Assembly (NCBI GenBank): GCA_010356995.1
Contig: ML996687.1
Span: 373,803-437,802, forward strand
DNA length: 64,000 nt
Source: Trichodelitschia bisporula
Lineage: Eukaryota
Direction of reading: 5' to 3'
How positions within the stretch are numbered: position 1 is the stretch's first letter; each line of letters starts with the position of its first letter. Below the pieces are notes generated by a model. That model saw nothing but the letters and a program-made list of their open reading frames with translations, was not told where the DNA came from and did no database searches. This document shows, one piece after another, positions 11,293-23,479 of the stretch. A program made the position numbers and the translations under genes.

Positions 11293-14200
11293 ATGAATCC
11301 CGACGGTTACCCCCGGGGGATGGTTATGGGCGGTATACCCATGGGCCAGGAGTCCAGTGTCCAGCCTCATATTCGGCAACAACTGTTGGTGCGCTTCCAA
11401 AAGCAGGCGTCGGCCTACCCTCCCCAGGCCTGGCAGTCGACTCTCTCACCCCAGGATCGCCTCACAAATATCTTCCAACTGTTAGTTCGCACGTCGACTT
11501 TCGTGCTTTCTCGTATATAGCTAACACGTCTAGCTTTACTTTATACCAGCTAGCCAAGCCTGAACTGAATGCACAGGACTCTTTCCGACACAGCGCGAAT
11601 ATCGAAACCGATAGGTTCGGCAAGGCCGATTCGAAGGTTTGCAGCATCCGTTATCCACCCCTCTAGCTTACTGACGCCCATTGCAGGTCACCTATCAAAA
11701 TGAATTAAAGAAGCTGTTGCAGATTTTGACGGAGGCGCGAACTCGACAAGCACAAAATGGGATGGGTATGGGTCCTGTTAATGGCCAGCAACCGGGAATG
11801 GGCGGTCAACAACAGCCGATGGGAGGGCCGGGCATGATGGGAGGCGCACCGATGCAGTCGACGATATCAGGTCAAGGCCCGCAGGTTCACCAGCATTTCC
11901 CCCCGCAACTCCAACGACCCATGCAGCCCTCGCCGATCCCTGCGAGCAACAACGCTGTGCCGGAGATGCCGAATATGGCCACAACCCATCAAGTTCCACA
12001 ACAGCAACAAGCCCAGCAGCCATCCCAGAGACCAATGCCGCCACTGACGGCCGCGGAAAATCAGCAGGTGAATAACGCGGCGCAGAGGATGTACAACGCT
12101 CTCGATGCGACAATGAAGGAGCGCATCATGCTCGCCTTTCGCCAGCACTCACCCGAACGCCAGCAACACCTTGCCCAACGGTTCCGGGATCCGTATATGG
12201 CTTATTGTCTCCAGCAGGCTCAGCACAAGTTCATGGAAGCCAAAGCAGCCGGACTTCGAGGTCCGCCCAATGCTGGCGGAAGCGGAATGCCGGTGCAAAA
12301 CCAGATGCCACAGCGGCCCACGCAGCAGCTCCCCGGCGGTCAAGGGATGCACGGACAGGAGGTTGATTTTGCGCAATTTCAGGGCCAACAGGCAGATGCC
12401 ATCCGTTCGCAGGACGCCGGCCAAATGGTAGTCCCGGCGAGTAACAATACCAGCCTGACGCCGCAGCTAGGCAGCTTGCCGCTCAGTATGGGCCCAAGCG
12501 TCCAAGCGCCCCCCACGCCCAACCAGATGGTTAGCATGGGCCAGCGACCACAGCTTTTTGGGCCGCAACATCCGGCAATGGCGCAAACGCCTCAAATGCA
12601 GGCTCGGGCCCATGCCCAGGCTCATCAGCAAGCTCAGGCGCAGGCCCATCAACAAGCCCAGGCGCAAGCACAGCATCAAGCACAGGCGCAAGCTCAGGCA
12701 CAAGCTCAGGCACAAGCTCAGGCACAAGCTCAGGCACAAGCTCAGGCACAAGCTCAGGCACAAGCNNNNNNNNNNNNNNNNNNNNCAAGCTCAGGCACAA
12801 GCTCAGGCACAAGCTCAGGCACAAGCTCAGGCACAAGCTCAGGCACAAGCTCAGGCACAAGCGCAGGCGGCCCATGTGCAAGCTCAGGTTCAGGCGCAAG
12901 CCCAATCTCAGGCTCAGGCCCAGCTGAATCAGAACAACCGCGCCCAGATGATGCAATCCGGACAGCAGATCAATATGCAGCGGACCATGGGAACGCCTGG
13001 CCCCCAGGTCAACACGATGCCTTTGATGACTCAGCCAACCGCCACGAATCCCCCGCTACCCGGCAGACCTCAGCAGCCTCAGGGCATTCAAACGGCCTTG
13101 AACCCCTTTGGCCCGAACGGTCAACAAGGGATGCAGCCGATGCGGCAGTTGCCTGCATATCTCCAGCAGTTTACCCCCGATATTCGTAATCAGTTAGCCA
13201 CCATGCCCGATGAGCAATACCGTCAGGCTCTCGAAAAGCTCAGCGCCGTGCGTACAGGAATGCCCATGGGCCAAGGTCGCCCTTCAGCCATGGGTCCTCA
13301 GAATCCGGCTCAGGGGCAGCTCATGGGCCAGGGTGACCAGCAAGTCGGACGCGGACAAGCACTCCAGCCACCTCAGATGCAACCCGGGATGATAGGCCCG
13401 CAGGGAATGGGTAGAGGGATGCCTCCGGGGATGATGTCTCGTCCGATGCCGCCAGAAGTCATGGCTCTCATGGATCAGCGTCCAATTCTGCCCAATATGT
13501 TCAAACAGCTACCAGAAGGCATTCGAGTATGGGGCCAGTTGAAGGCACTGCTCTCGCAGAATCCGACGGCCATTCCGGGATTGGACCCGTCGCGGATCCC
13601 ACAGCTGCAGGCTCTTCACTATAACAGGTTGATCCAGGTTCAAGAGGCACAGCGACAGCAGCAGAATGCAATGAACTCCCAGCAGCAGCAGCATCGGGAG
13701 CTGCAGCTGCAGCATCAAAACGCCATGAACGCCCAGCAGGCTGCGAACCAAGGCCCGAATCCTCTAGGAATGGCCTCTGCTGGCCCCGCTCCGCCTGCGC
13801 AGATGGTTCCTCAGCAAGGTTCTCGGATGGGCATTCAAGCCATACCGGGAGCGTTTCCTGGCAACATGTCCATGCCTGCCGTCAGCGCACAAGACCTCCA
13901 GGCCGTAAGGATGAAGAACCCGCAGATGAACAACATATCGGACGAAGCGCTTCGCCAACGCCTCATGCATCACAGGCTCCAGGCGATGCGCTTGAATCAG
14001 CAACAGCGACCCGGACCCCCCCCCCAGCAACCACAGCCGATGCCCCCGCATGGGCAACGCTTTAGAGCACCACCCCATGGGCCTCCTCCTGCACCGCAGG
14101 TTCAGCATTCACCTCCAGCGCACGTCTCGCAGTCCCAACCGGCGCCTCCCAAGATGCAGGCAGCTTCTCAAGGCCAACCGCAGCGCCAGCAACAGCAGTC

Positions 14201-16037
14201 CACACCTGCGACTCGGGCCACTCCGCAGATGCCGCCCCAGCAGCTGCAGGCTCCGCCTCAGATGCATGCTCAACCGCAGAGGCCGCTAAAGCGGCCTGCT
14301 CCATCTGATGATGTTATAGATCTCTCCGAATCACAGCAGTCTCCGGTACAAGCTCCTACCATGCAGCAAACCAAGTCGCAGCCCCCCGCCGCTTCGCAGT
14401 CGGGACAGAAGCCCAGGCCCGCCCCTGAATTAGAACAGCGCTTGAAGGAGATCATCAATGAGATGGCGAACGCCGTCAGAGCCCAGCGTGAAGTCAAGTT
14501 GTCTCAGGAAGACCGTAACAGCATGGAGCAGCGCATCGCAGAATCCAAGGAGTACCTTCGTGCAAGTTCGAACATCATCAGGATGTTCTTCTTGGGATCC
14601 GGAAATGAGGCTATGACGAAGCGCTACACACAGTGCCGCCTGTTGCTGGAGTCAAGTATTGACGTCAATACTTATAAGCTGCGCGATGTTGTCCGCTTCG
14701 ACTCGAAGATGATGGACAATCTCATCCTCAATATGAAGCACTTCATCACCCAGGTGCAGTCTATGGTGCGCACGCGAGCGAATGCTCAAGGTGCCCCGCA
14801 GCCGCAGTTGTCTGGTCCGCCGAGCACTTCTGCACCGGAGCAGCTGGTCAAGCAGCCGGAGGCCAACTCGAGCCAGCAACCGCAACCTCCGCAGGGGCAA
14901 GCCACAGCCCCTCGTTCACGAAACAGTGCGAAACCTCCGGCTGCACCAACCGTAGGCCCAGGCCAGCACTCGTTCTTTCCAGGCGTCCACTCGCCTCAGG
15001 GCGTACCTCAGTATGATTCGGGAGCTCGGGCGCTTACCCAGGACCAGCTCAAAATGCCTGCTACCAAGAAGCAAAAGACAGCTACTGGGTCCATTCCAGT
15101 CAGTGCCAGCTCGACGCCCACGATTCCGTCAACGTCGCCTCAGGTCGGGAAGGCGCTGTCCCCCACTCAAAAGCGGCAGCAAGTATCCACTGCGAACGCT
15201 CAGGGGTCAAAACCCGCCCCCCTGCCATTCAAATGCACGGAGCCAGGCTGCGACCGAAGCTTCGAGACGGATGATAGACTTGCCCAGCACAAGCAGGAAT
15301 CCCATGTGCCAGATGATCCGTCGAAATATCTGGAGAGAACTGCAAATGCTCTTGGTCTTAACCCCGATGGTACAGCCAAAGCACGTTCAGATAAGGTTCT
15401 GTCTGCTACAAGACCCTCTAACACCAAGTCCTCACAGACTCATTCAATGGATCGCACTCCCACCCAGCCTGGTACTAAGGGCTCTCCGGCGGCAGCGAAC
15501 TTACAAAAGCCTGGGCAGCAGGGCACTCAGAAGCCGGCTGGCACTACTGCTGATGGCAAGCCTGCAAAGACTGAGGTTGGGCCCGGCGCGACTTCTTCAG
15601 ACCCTCTCGATGTGGATGACCCTTGGAAGGACAGCAGCGTTCAGAAAGGCGAACTCAACGAACTGTTCGGTCCAATTGACAACCTCCTAAGGGGTGAATG
15701 GGACATCCAACCGGAGACCTCGGATTTCAGTCCCGAAACGGACAGTACCGCCACCCCGGAGGGGAGCCGATGGCTTACGATCGATGGGATGGAGGTTCCG
15801 CTGGACGACTATGGTTTCGCTCCATACTCGGAGGTATCAAGTTGGATGTCGGGGATTGATCCGAGCAGTAGCAGTGCTCTCTTCTACACCGGCGACGTGC
15901 CGGAGGAGGTTATGTTCCGAATCGACCCCGGGGCGGACTTGACCGACATCAACTCTCTGATCCCGCCCGACGATACGATGGCCAAGGAGACGCTTGCTTA
16001 TATGAATTGGGATCTGGATGGTGGTATAATTCTCTGA
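11293..16037 (+). CDS. MED15: Mediator subunit Med15/Gal11-like protein (N-terminal KIX-like domain, Q/M/P-rich IDR with QA repeat, C-terminal C2H2-like finger)
   Basis: Introns 11481-11533 and 11637-11686 give WQSTLSPQDRLTNIFQLFTLYQLAK..SANIETDRFGKADSKVTYQNEL, which resembles the fungal Med15 KIX domain. Long Q-rich region and (QA)n tract. The frame change between ORFs 11681-13189 and 12558-16037 falls exactly at the N gap. Confidence 0.7.
12690..12861 (+). repeat. Coding 12-bp tandem repeat (GCACAAGCTCAG)n encoding poly-QA, length unresolved
   Basis: Perfect 12-mer units on both sides of the gap; degenerate QA/QH units extend to about 12607-12922. Confidence 0.95.
12766..12785. other. Assembly gap (20 N) inside the QA repeat
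   Basis: Run of n characters. Confidence 1.
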
Positions 16038-16588
16038 GTGGCTCGTCGAGCCACTTACAAGTGTTGTTTATGGATGGAAGAGGAACTGCGTTATATGATG
16101 GGGGGTATACAGGAATGGCGTTATGGAAGTGTATGGCCTACTCGGGACTTTGTACAATGTCGGAGATGGCATGTTCACGCTTTTATGGATTGATGGGCTC
16201 GAAAAAGGATGGGATTGCTTGCACAGGGGGAGCCTGATTGTTGCAAGTGGCGTTTGCGCGAAGGGCGTTTTCCTGGATTCGGGACGGATCGGTCTGGAGA
16301 CCACTGAATGTGTTTGTTTGTAATACCCCCCCCTGTTGCGAATAGTGTTTTCATGATGCGGTTCGGTGCGCGCTTGGCATACCTCATTCCCTCTGGGCAT
16401 AGAGCGGTAGTCTTGTATACTAGAGAGTGGTAGAAATGAACTGCTGCGGACATGATATTTGGTATGGTTGCAGTGAAAGTTTGACTCCCCCTCCCGTTGT
16501 GCTGCTAGACGCTATTCGCCGTCAGAGCTAAAAACTGCAGTGCTTATGATCCGTCTATCCCATGATCTGCCACCCGGAACCCACCAAC

Positions 16589-17932
16589 CTACTTCCTTTC
16601 CCAAACCTTCTTCGCCGCAACCCACGTCTCCAATACCTCGCCCTCGTCATCGAGAACAACGAAATCCGCCCATCTCCCTTCCTCCAGCTTCCCGCGATCC
16701 TCCAAGCCCATCAGACCCGCCACATTCTCCGTCACGCACCGCACCGCCTCAGCCACACTGCACCCACTCCACCGCACCAAGTTTCGCACCCCCCCATCCA
16801 CGGTAATCGTGCTGCCAACCAGCGTCCGCTCCCCGTCCGCGCCGCCCTCGCCAGCCAGCCACGCCGCACCCTTCTCCTTCACCTGCTGCACCGCCCCCGT
16901 CGCCGCAGGTCCCGTGTACGCCCCATCCGGCAGGCCCGCCAGCTCCGTAGCGTCGGACACGAGGATGGCGCGGCGGGGCGCGGCGCGGTAGAGCAGCGTT
17001 GCGACCGAGGGGTGCATGTGCACGCCGTCCGCCACTATTGTGAAATACGGCGGCGGGGGGACGTGCGTCTCCGGCAGCGTGATCAGGCCCAGGAGTCCCG
17101 GGTTGCGGTGGTGCAGCGGGGCCATGGCGTTGAAGGCGTGGGTTAGGCATGTGGCGCCGACGGACAGGGCTGAGAGACCGGTGTCGAGCGGCGCGGGGGA
17201 GTGGCCGAGCGAGATGCGGGTGCCGGCTTTGGTGAGGCGGGTGATGAGGGGGTTGATCAGGGGGAGGTCGGGGGAGAGGGTGCAGAGCTTGACGTTTGGG
17301 AGGGAGGGGAGGGGGATGAGGGCGGAGAGGGGGGTGGCTTGGGGGGTGGTTAGGTGGGCTTGCGAGTGCGCGCCGCTCTTGGATGGGTGCAGGTAGGGGC
17401 CTTCGAGGTGGGCGCCGAGGAGGCTGGCGCGGGAGTCGAAGCGGCGGGGGGTGAGGGCGGGGAGGATCTGGCGGCTGGTGTTAGGGACGCGGGGGAAGCT
17501 GATAATGATACTATGAGATAATGATACTCTGGGTGAGAACGAGGAACATGAGATCTGGCTGTAGTGAGTCAAAAGTAAAAGCGCACCGCATACCTTTTGG
17601 TACGAGTCCCTTGATACGGTAGGGAGTGTGGCCCAAAATCCCGTCACACCGTGCTCCACGTAGTACTGCGCCGTGTCTTGGAGCTTGCTGGTGTACTGTG
17701 CCTCATTCTGGAAGTCCGAGAAGTGGAAGCCGTTCGCGCCGTTGGTATGAAGCTCCAGGAATCCCGGAGCGATAATGGCGTCTTCTAGATCAAAGATCTC
17801 GCCGCCAATGTAGCCGGTGCTTTGGAGAATGCGACCCGTGTCTTCGGAGACAACGAGGCGCTCGCCCTCGACGATTTCGCCATCGATGCAGAGGCGGCAG
17901 TTGGTGAGGGTGGTGAAGAAGCCGGCAGGCAT
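16589..17932 (-). CDS. nagA: N-acetylglucosamine-6-phosphate deacetylase (amidohydrolase, CE9)
   Basis: Motifs APGFLELHTNG, GAHLEGPYL, LGHS, THAFNAM, VADGVH, LVSDA, LVGS and GKLEEGRWADFVVLD. Probable intron 17468-17593 (GTATGC..CTAAC..CAG, 126 nt, in frame). Confidence 0.93.
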   Translation of the reverse strand: MPAGFFTTLTNCRLCIDGEIVEGERLVVSEDTGRILQSTGYIGGEIFDLEDAIIAPGFLELHTNGANGFHFSDFQNEAQYTSKLQDTAQYYVEHGVTGFWATLPTVSRDSYQKVCGALLLLTHYSQISCSSFSPRVSLSHSIIISFPRVPNTSRQILPALTPRRFDSRASLLGAHLEGPYLHPSKSGAHSQAHLTTPQATPLSALIPLPSLPNVKLCTLSPDLPLINPLITRLTKAGTRISLGHSPAPLDTGLSALSVGATCLTHAFNAMAPLHHRNPGLLGLITLPETHVPPPPYFTIVADGVHMHPSVATLLYRAAPRRAILVSDATELAGLPDGAYTGPAATGAVQQVKEKGAAWLAGEGGADGERTLVGSTITVDGGVRNLVRWSGCSVAEAVRCVTENVAGLMGLEDRGKLEEGRWADFVVLDDEGEVLETWVAAKKVWERK

Positions 17933-18770
17933 CTTTGCGGGCCTTGCGGACAGTTTTCAGAAGCCAAAGCGAAGTCGAGAAGCAAATGTCAGCACAGCTG
18001 GAACGATGGCGGGGTAAGGCTAATCTTAGCTTACCAGAGATGGGTCCGTTCTAGCCCGAGTTGACGCCTGAGTTGAGGTGCAGCGGGTCAGGCACTCCCT
18101 CATGCCGATCTGGGACAAGTGGGCGCTTTTGGCTAGCGGGGGACAGTTCGTACCGTAGTGAAATGCTAGGGTGGCTGCCGAGAAACGAGAAACGCGAATG
18201 ACGTTATGGGGAGAGACGGAGAAGATATCAAAGACTTTATCGCCCGAGGGCCATCCGGTAAAGTCATCGCTGTTTCCGCCCGCAAAGACGCCCGGGCAGG
18301 GCGGCCACAACCTTTTGGGGTGGTTCTTAGCCACTTGCCCATCGAGACTCTCACATGCTACGCATACATGATGCCCCTTGACAAGCAAAGCACACTTTTT
18401 GAGCCTTACCTTCCCTTCATGAGAGTTGCACCCTTTCGAAAGTGCCTCCCTTCCCTGTCCGTGAAACTCCCACATTTTTCACGTGATTTGCGTACCGGTA
18501 CCTACACGGGTTTCCAAACTGCTACGAGAACCTGGCCTGAGATACGTCCATGACGCCTCGTCTTCAATGGTCCGATCATTATCTCAATGGCTGTAGACTT
18601 CACATTTGTAGTGGCATTACGTTCCAAGTGTTGCAGCCAGATTCAATAACTTCTTGCTTTGAGGTTGTGTGGTGGCACAAGGCTGCAATGGCAATTTGAT
18701 GAGGACAAAGCCAATGACGCAATCTAAGGCTGGCAGGCCGTTCTATTCCAAGCCACGGCGTCCACACATG

Positions 18771-18797
18771 CACGACACGCACGACACGCCCGACACG
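18771..18797. repeat. 9-bp tandem repeat (CACGACACG)x3 in the nagA/mug190 divergent intergenic region
   Basis: cacgacacg-cacgacacg-cccgacacg. Confidence 0.7.
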
Positions 18798-19295
18798 CCA
18801 ACAACGATCATTGGGCAAAAGACGAGATCCGGGAAGAATATTAATATAGCAAGGAAGGTATCCATCGTACGCTGCGTACATCCGTACAGAAAGATTCCCT
18901 ATGCTCGATTCCGCTACACCGCCTGCATCTTCCCAGCCAGTTGTCGAAGGAACACCCCTTTTTGCCCATCCCCGTTTGCCCACCCCCGTTTCAGCTGCGC
19001 ACAGGCCCACATCCATGACGTCGCTGTCTTGGGGTACAGCAGAAACGTCGATCAATGCTGCATTAGTGCAAGAAGATCGCAATCCAAGTTTTGTTGTGTG
19101 GAGCTTCCATCTGCCCCTCCACATCTAAATGAACCCCGCCGCTTCTGCTGTACTTTTGACCTCTGAATAGCTTCTTCCTCCTTGTGAATTGACCTCATTC
19201 ACATCAGAGCTTGTTTGCTCCTCACCTCCCTCCCACTCCTCCACCTCACACCACCCCACTCTCTCGCTTAGTGCCTTTGTGCAGCAACCCTAGCA

Positions 19296-22200
19296 ATGGC
19301 GGACGATCAGCAGCAGACCACCGCCCCCGGCGGCTACTACTCCGGCCGCAACCCCATTCCCACGGTCAGCAAGTTCATGGAACGACTCGACAGGGACAAA
19401 AAATCACGAGATCAAGAGATTGATGATCAAACGCGTTCGGCCAAGAAGTCACATCAAAAGCCCGCGAATGGTAACGCTATGCCGCACAACCAGGCGCCCC
19501 GGCCAAAGAAGCAGGAGACGGTGACGGATCCAGTGACTGGAAATCAGGTTGTGATTGAGAATGCGAAGAAGTCTCAGCTCGGTCTTGTTGAGAACCCGGT
19601 GGTGAGTATCGTCGCAGCGAACGCCATGGGTTGAGCTAAGTGTACAGCTTTCCGTGCCAAATGCCAATCTGGGCAAAGACACTCCAGTAAAAACCGAGGC
19701 GTCGCAGTCGAACCCCGAGTACAAGGAGAAGCAGGACATCACAGCGCCACCGGACCCCGTTGTAGATGGAAGCACATCAGACGTACCCATCCGTGGTGAA
19801 AAGACAAACGTTCTCTTCCACCCTACCCCTTCAGTCAGTTACGAGCCTACCTTTGCTCGTCTCGAAAAGCAGGCTGGAGCTGTTTGCGTTGCGATCCTAA
19901 TCGCCGTTGTCGCACTTGGGAAGACTTTCGGTGGATCGTTCAAGGGTCTCATTCCATTGGCTATGTGCGTCTCATCTGGAGTGTGGTTGTGGATGAAGGA
20001 AGTGGTTCGCAGTGGACGTGAGGTAGAGTGGGAGAGTGAAAAGGAGCGCGGCCAAACAGTATGATTATCCACGTCAAAGGGTGCATACTTGCTAACTAGA
20101 TAGGCAACGGCAAACCTTCTTCCGGAGTCGGTCGAGTGGCTCAACACGCTGCTCGGCGTTGTGTGGGGTCTCATCAATCCGGACATGTTCCAGGGCGTGG
20201 CCGATACCCTCGAAGATGTGATGCAGGCTTCGGTTCCCGGGGTCATTGAGAACGTGCGCGTGGCCGAGATCAATCAAGGCACCAACCCAATCCGCATCTT
20301 GAGCCTGAGGGCTCTGCCGGACTCGCATATGGGGGACATGAAGAAGGCGATTCACGAGGAAAACAAGAAGAGACTGGACCCTCAGGAAGCAGCTGCGGAC
20401 GAAGAAGGCGGCGATTTCTACAATCTGGAAGTCAGCTTCGCATATCATGCCGCACCGACGGGCAAGCGCGCTTCGGACAAGGCTAGGAACATGCATATGC
20501 AGCTTGTCTTCTACCTTGGAATCAAGGGACTTTTCGGCGTCCCGCTCCCCATCTTCGTCGAGCTACAAGGCCTTGTCGGTACGGTCCGCTTGCGGTTGAA
20601 CATGACGCCGGAGCCACCCTTCCTCAAGAATCTCACCTTCACCCTGATGGGGGTTCCGCATGTCCAGGCCGGATGCATCCCTATGCTGGAGAAAGGCGTC
20701 AACATTCTGAATCTCCCCCTCATTTCAAACTTCGTCAACTATGCCATCGGAGCGGCTGCGAGCATGTATGTGGCGCCAAAGTCCATGATGATTGATCTCC
20801 GCGCCATTCTTCAAGGAGACGATATCCAGAAAGACGTCCAGGCTCTGGGAGTACTCTGGATCCGGATTCACCGCGCCGTCGGCCTCAGCAAGCAAGATAA
20901 GCGTGGGAGCAAGCATGGCGGTAGTGATCCCTATATCACACTGGCCTTCTCCAAATATGGCAAGCCCATGTACTGCACGCGCGTCATTACTGATGACCTG
21001 AACCCGATTTGGGAAGAGACGGCCGCGCTCTTGGTTACCCCGGAACTTGTCAAGGCCGATGAGAACTTGAGTGTCGAACTTTGGGACTCTGACCGTCACA
21101 GTGCGGATGACATTGTCGGCAAGATCGAATTGTCGATGCAAAAGATGATCCAGCACCCAGGAAAGATGTATCCCCAAGTCTCCAAGCTCTCTGGATTGGA
21201 TGCTGGTAGCGACATGCCGGGTGAGCTGCACTGGGAGATTGGATATTTTGGCAAGCCGCACTTCCGACCAGCACTCCGGACTGACGGCAAGGACACCACG
21301 CTCGCACCAGAATTGCGTGACCGCCCCGACTTGCAAGACGACAAGGGCGTGGCCAACACCGCTCAGGATGACGCTGTTCAACACACTCCGCCAGACCCTC
21401 TCTGGCCGAGTGGCATTTGCAGCGTCATCGTTCATCAGATTGTCAGCTTGGAACTCGAGAACATCAAGGGTAGCGTTGGGAACCGTAAAGGCCGTGAGTA
21501 TGAGCCTGCTAAAGGGTACGGCGAAAACAGGGAGGAAACTGGAGGAAACTTGCCTACCAGCTACTGCACGATACTCTTTAACGACGAAATGGTAAGCCTA
21601 CTAGCTTGGTTATTGGCATGTATTAACACTCACTTCCAGGTATACCGTACGCGTGCGAAGGCTGTTAGCAGTTCTCCCATTTTCAATGCGGGCACGGAGC
21701 GCTTCGTTCGTGACTGGAGGTCGGCCTTGATTACCGTCACCGTTCGGGACTCGCGCAACAGAGAACATGACCCTGTTCTAGGAGTCGTTCCTCTGAAGCT
21801 CTCGGACGTCTTGGATACCAGCTCTCAAGTCACTCGGTGGTATCCACTTGATGGTGGCATTGGCTTCGGTCGCATCAGAATCTCTCTCCTCTTTCGGAGT
21901 GTCGAAACCCGTCTGCCGCCCAACCTTTTGGGCTGGGATGTGGGTACCTTCGAGTTTACGTCCGATCGTATCATTGCCACCAATTACACCCGCAATGCGA
22001 AAATAAAGATGCGGACCGGTGGCAGTATCGGCTCCATTCCCAGCAAATTATGTCATCCGCTCGAGGAAGGCGATGGCCAGTATTGGGATGTGGCGGCGCA
22101 GGACGAACAAGGAAAGAGTGTCCGCCTTCCAGTTAAGTACCGCTACCGCTCACCCGTTGTGTTTGAGTTGCATGGGGCGGGCAAGCGCAAGGCTGATGCC

Positions 22201-23158
22201 TACGCCGTTGTTTGGCTTCATCACCTGATCGACAACGAGGACACCCCTATCAACATTCCCATCTGGACTACCAAGCATCCGAAGCGCCTCACTCAGAATT
22301 ATATCACCGAGGCTAATGGGAACAATGAGGTCGGGCTTGAGGATCTGAAGGAAGTCGGCCGGCTGCAGTTCCACGCTCGGTTCAAGGCAGGCATGGACCA
22401 GTCGCACGAGGCTTTCATCTCCGACAACACTTCGCGGGAGACCTACGAGACCTGGGAAGCTTGCTTTGCAGAGGGTGTGCGGACGCATCGCGTCGACAAG
22501 GAGATGCCTGAATTGGTGCAGCAGCTGCATGAGAAATCGCTGACCGAGGGTCGCGATTTACTCAAGAGTGTGCCTATGGAGGAGCAGAAGAAGTGGCTGG
22601 CCAAGGACGGGTCGGACTGGTCCGGTGCGTTCGGGGAAGATCCCAAGGCGTATATGGACTGGAAGGGCGTGAAGCGGCGGGAGCCGGGTGCTGAGCCTCC
22701 TTTCCGCGACCCGTACCACCCCGAGGACCGTCCCGGAGAAGAGGATGAGGATGAAGATGAGGGAAGCGACAGCGGCAGCAGTGTCGATCTGGGCATCAAG
22801 GATGCTGATAACAGCCCGGAGGATATCCAGAATGAACACTCGGCTGCTGGAGAGGGCCGTGAGAGCATGAGTACCGCCGATACCGAATTGACAAATACTA
22901 CGAGCCAGAGCAGCACCGGGCGGTCAGGAAACGCGGCGAACAAGCGGTCGGAGGCGCGCAAGCACCGGGGACTGATGCAGTGGAAGCCGGCACGGAACGT
23001 GAAGTTCGCAAAAGATGAAAGCAAGCTTGGTTTGCGGAAGTTGAAGAGCAAGATCACCGGCGGCTTGGATGGGAGGCAGCCTGGGGTTGAGACTGGTAAG
23101 TTCCTCTTGCTTTGGTCCTCGAATGCGTTACTAATGATATACAGAAACCGGGAGCTAG
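19296..23158 (+). CDS. mug190: SMP + C2 domain membrane-contact protein, Mug190-like
   Basis: GGYYSGRNPIPTV N-terminus, TM hairpin, SMP signature PESVEWLNTLL, C2 domains (GSDPYITL..TRVITDDLNPIWEE; VTRWYPLDGGIGFGRIRISLLFRS) and HRGLMQWKPARN. Introns near 19602-19647, 20060-20103, 21592-21639 and 23096-23144; last exon ETGS*. Confidence 0.88.
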
Positions 23159-23479
23159 TGGTAGGAGCGTGGTGTTTCCTGATTGTTTTCTCTTCACGCA
23201 CCTGAGGAGATCTGGAGAGTGGCGGGTGTCTCTGCAAAACTGATGTTGCTACGAAGTAACGCTTGAGGATATAGCTAATGGTCGATGGCAGCTGTCGTCG
23301 TCACTGCTGGGTTGAATGGTCGAAGCGTGATGACTTATTGGAAGCAAAACCTATCAATAGTATCTAGCTCAAAATCATGATTGACGCCGGTGCCGATAGT
23401 CTTAAGGCCCATTTTGCTAGCTCGGACCGTCCGCCGGCTTATATGCGAACTCGCCCCGAGCGCTAAATCTCATCGCAAC

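Noticed and set aside
12766..12785. Apparent frameshift or pseudogenisation of Med15, and SSGT/LVPE/CLSL repeat proteins in other frames
   Set aside because: The frame change coincides with the arbitrary-length N gap; the other repeats are alternative readings of the QA array.
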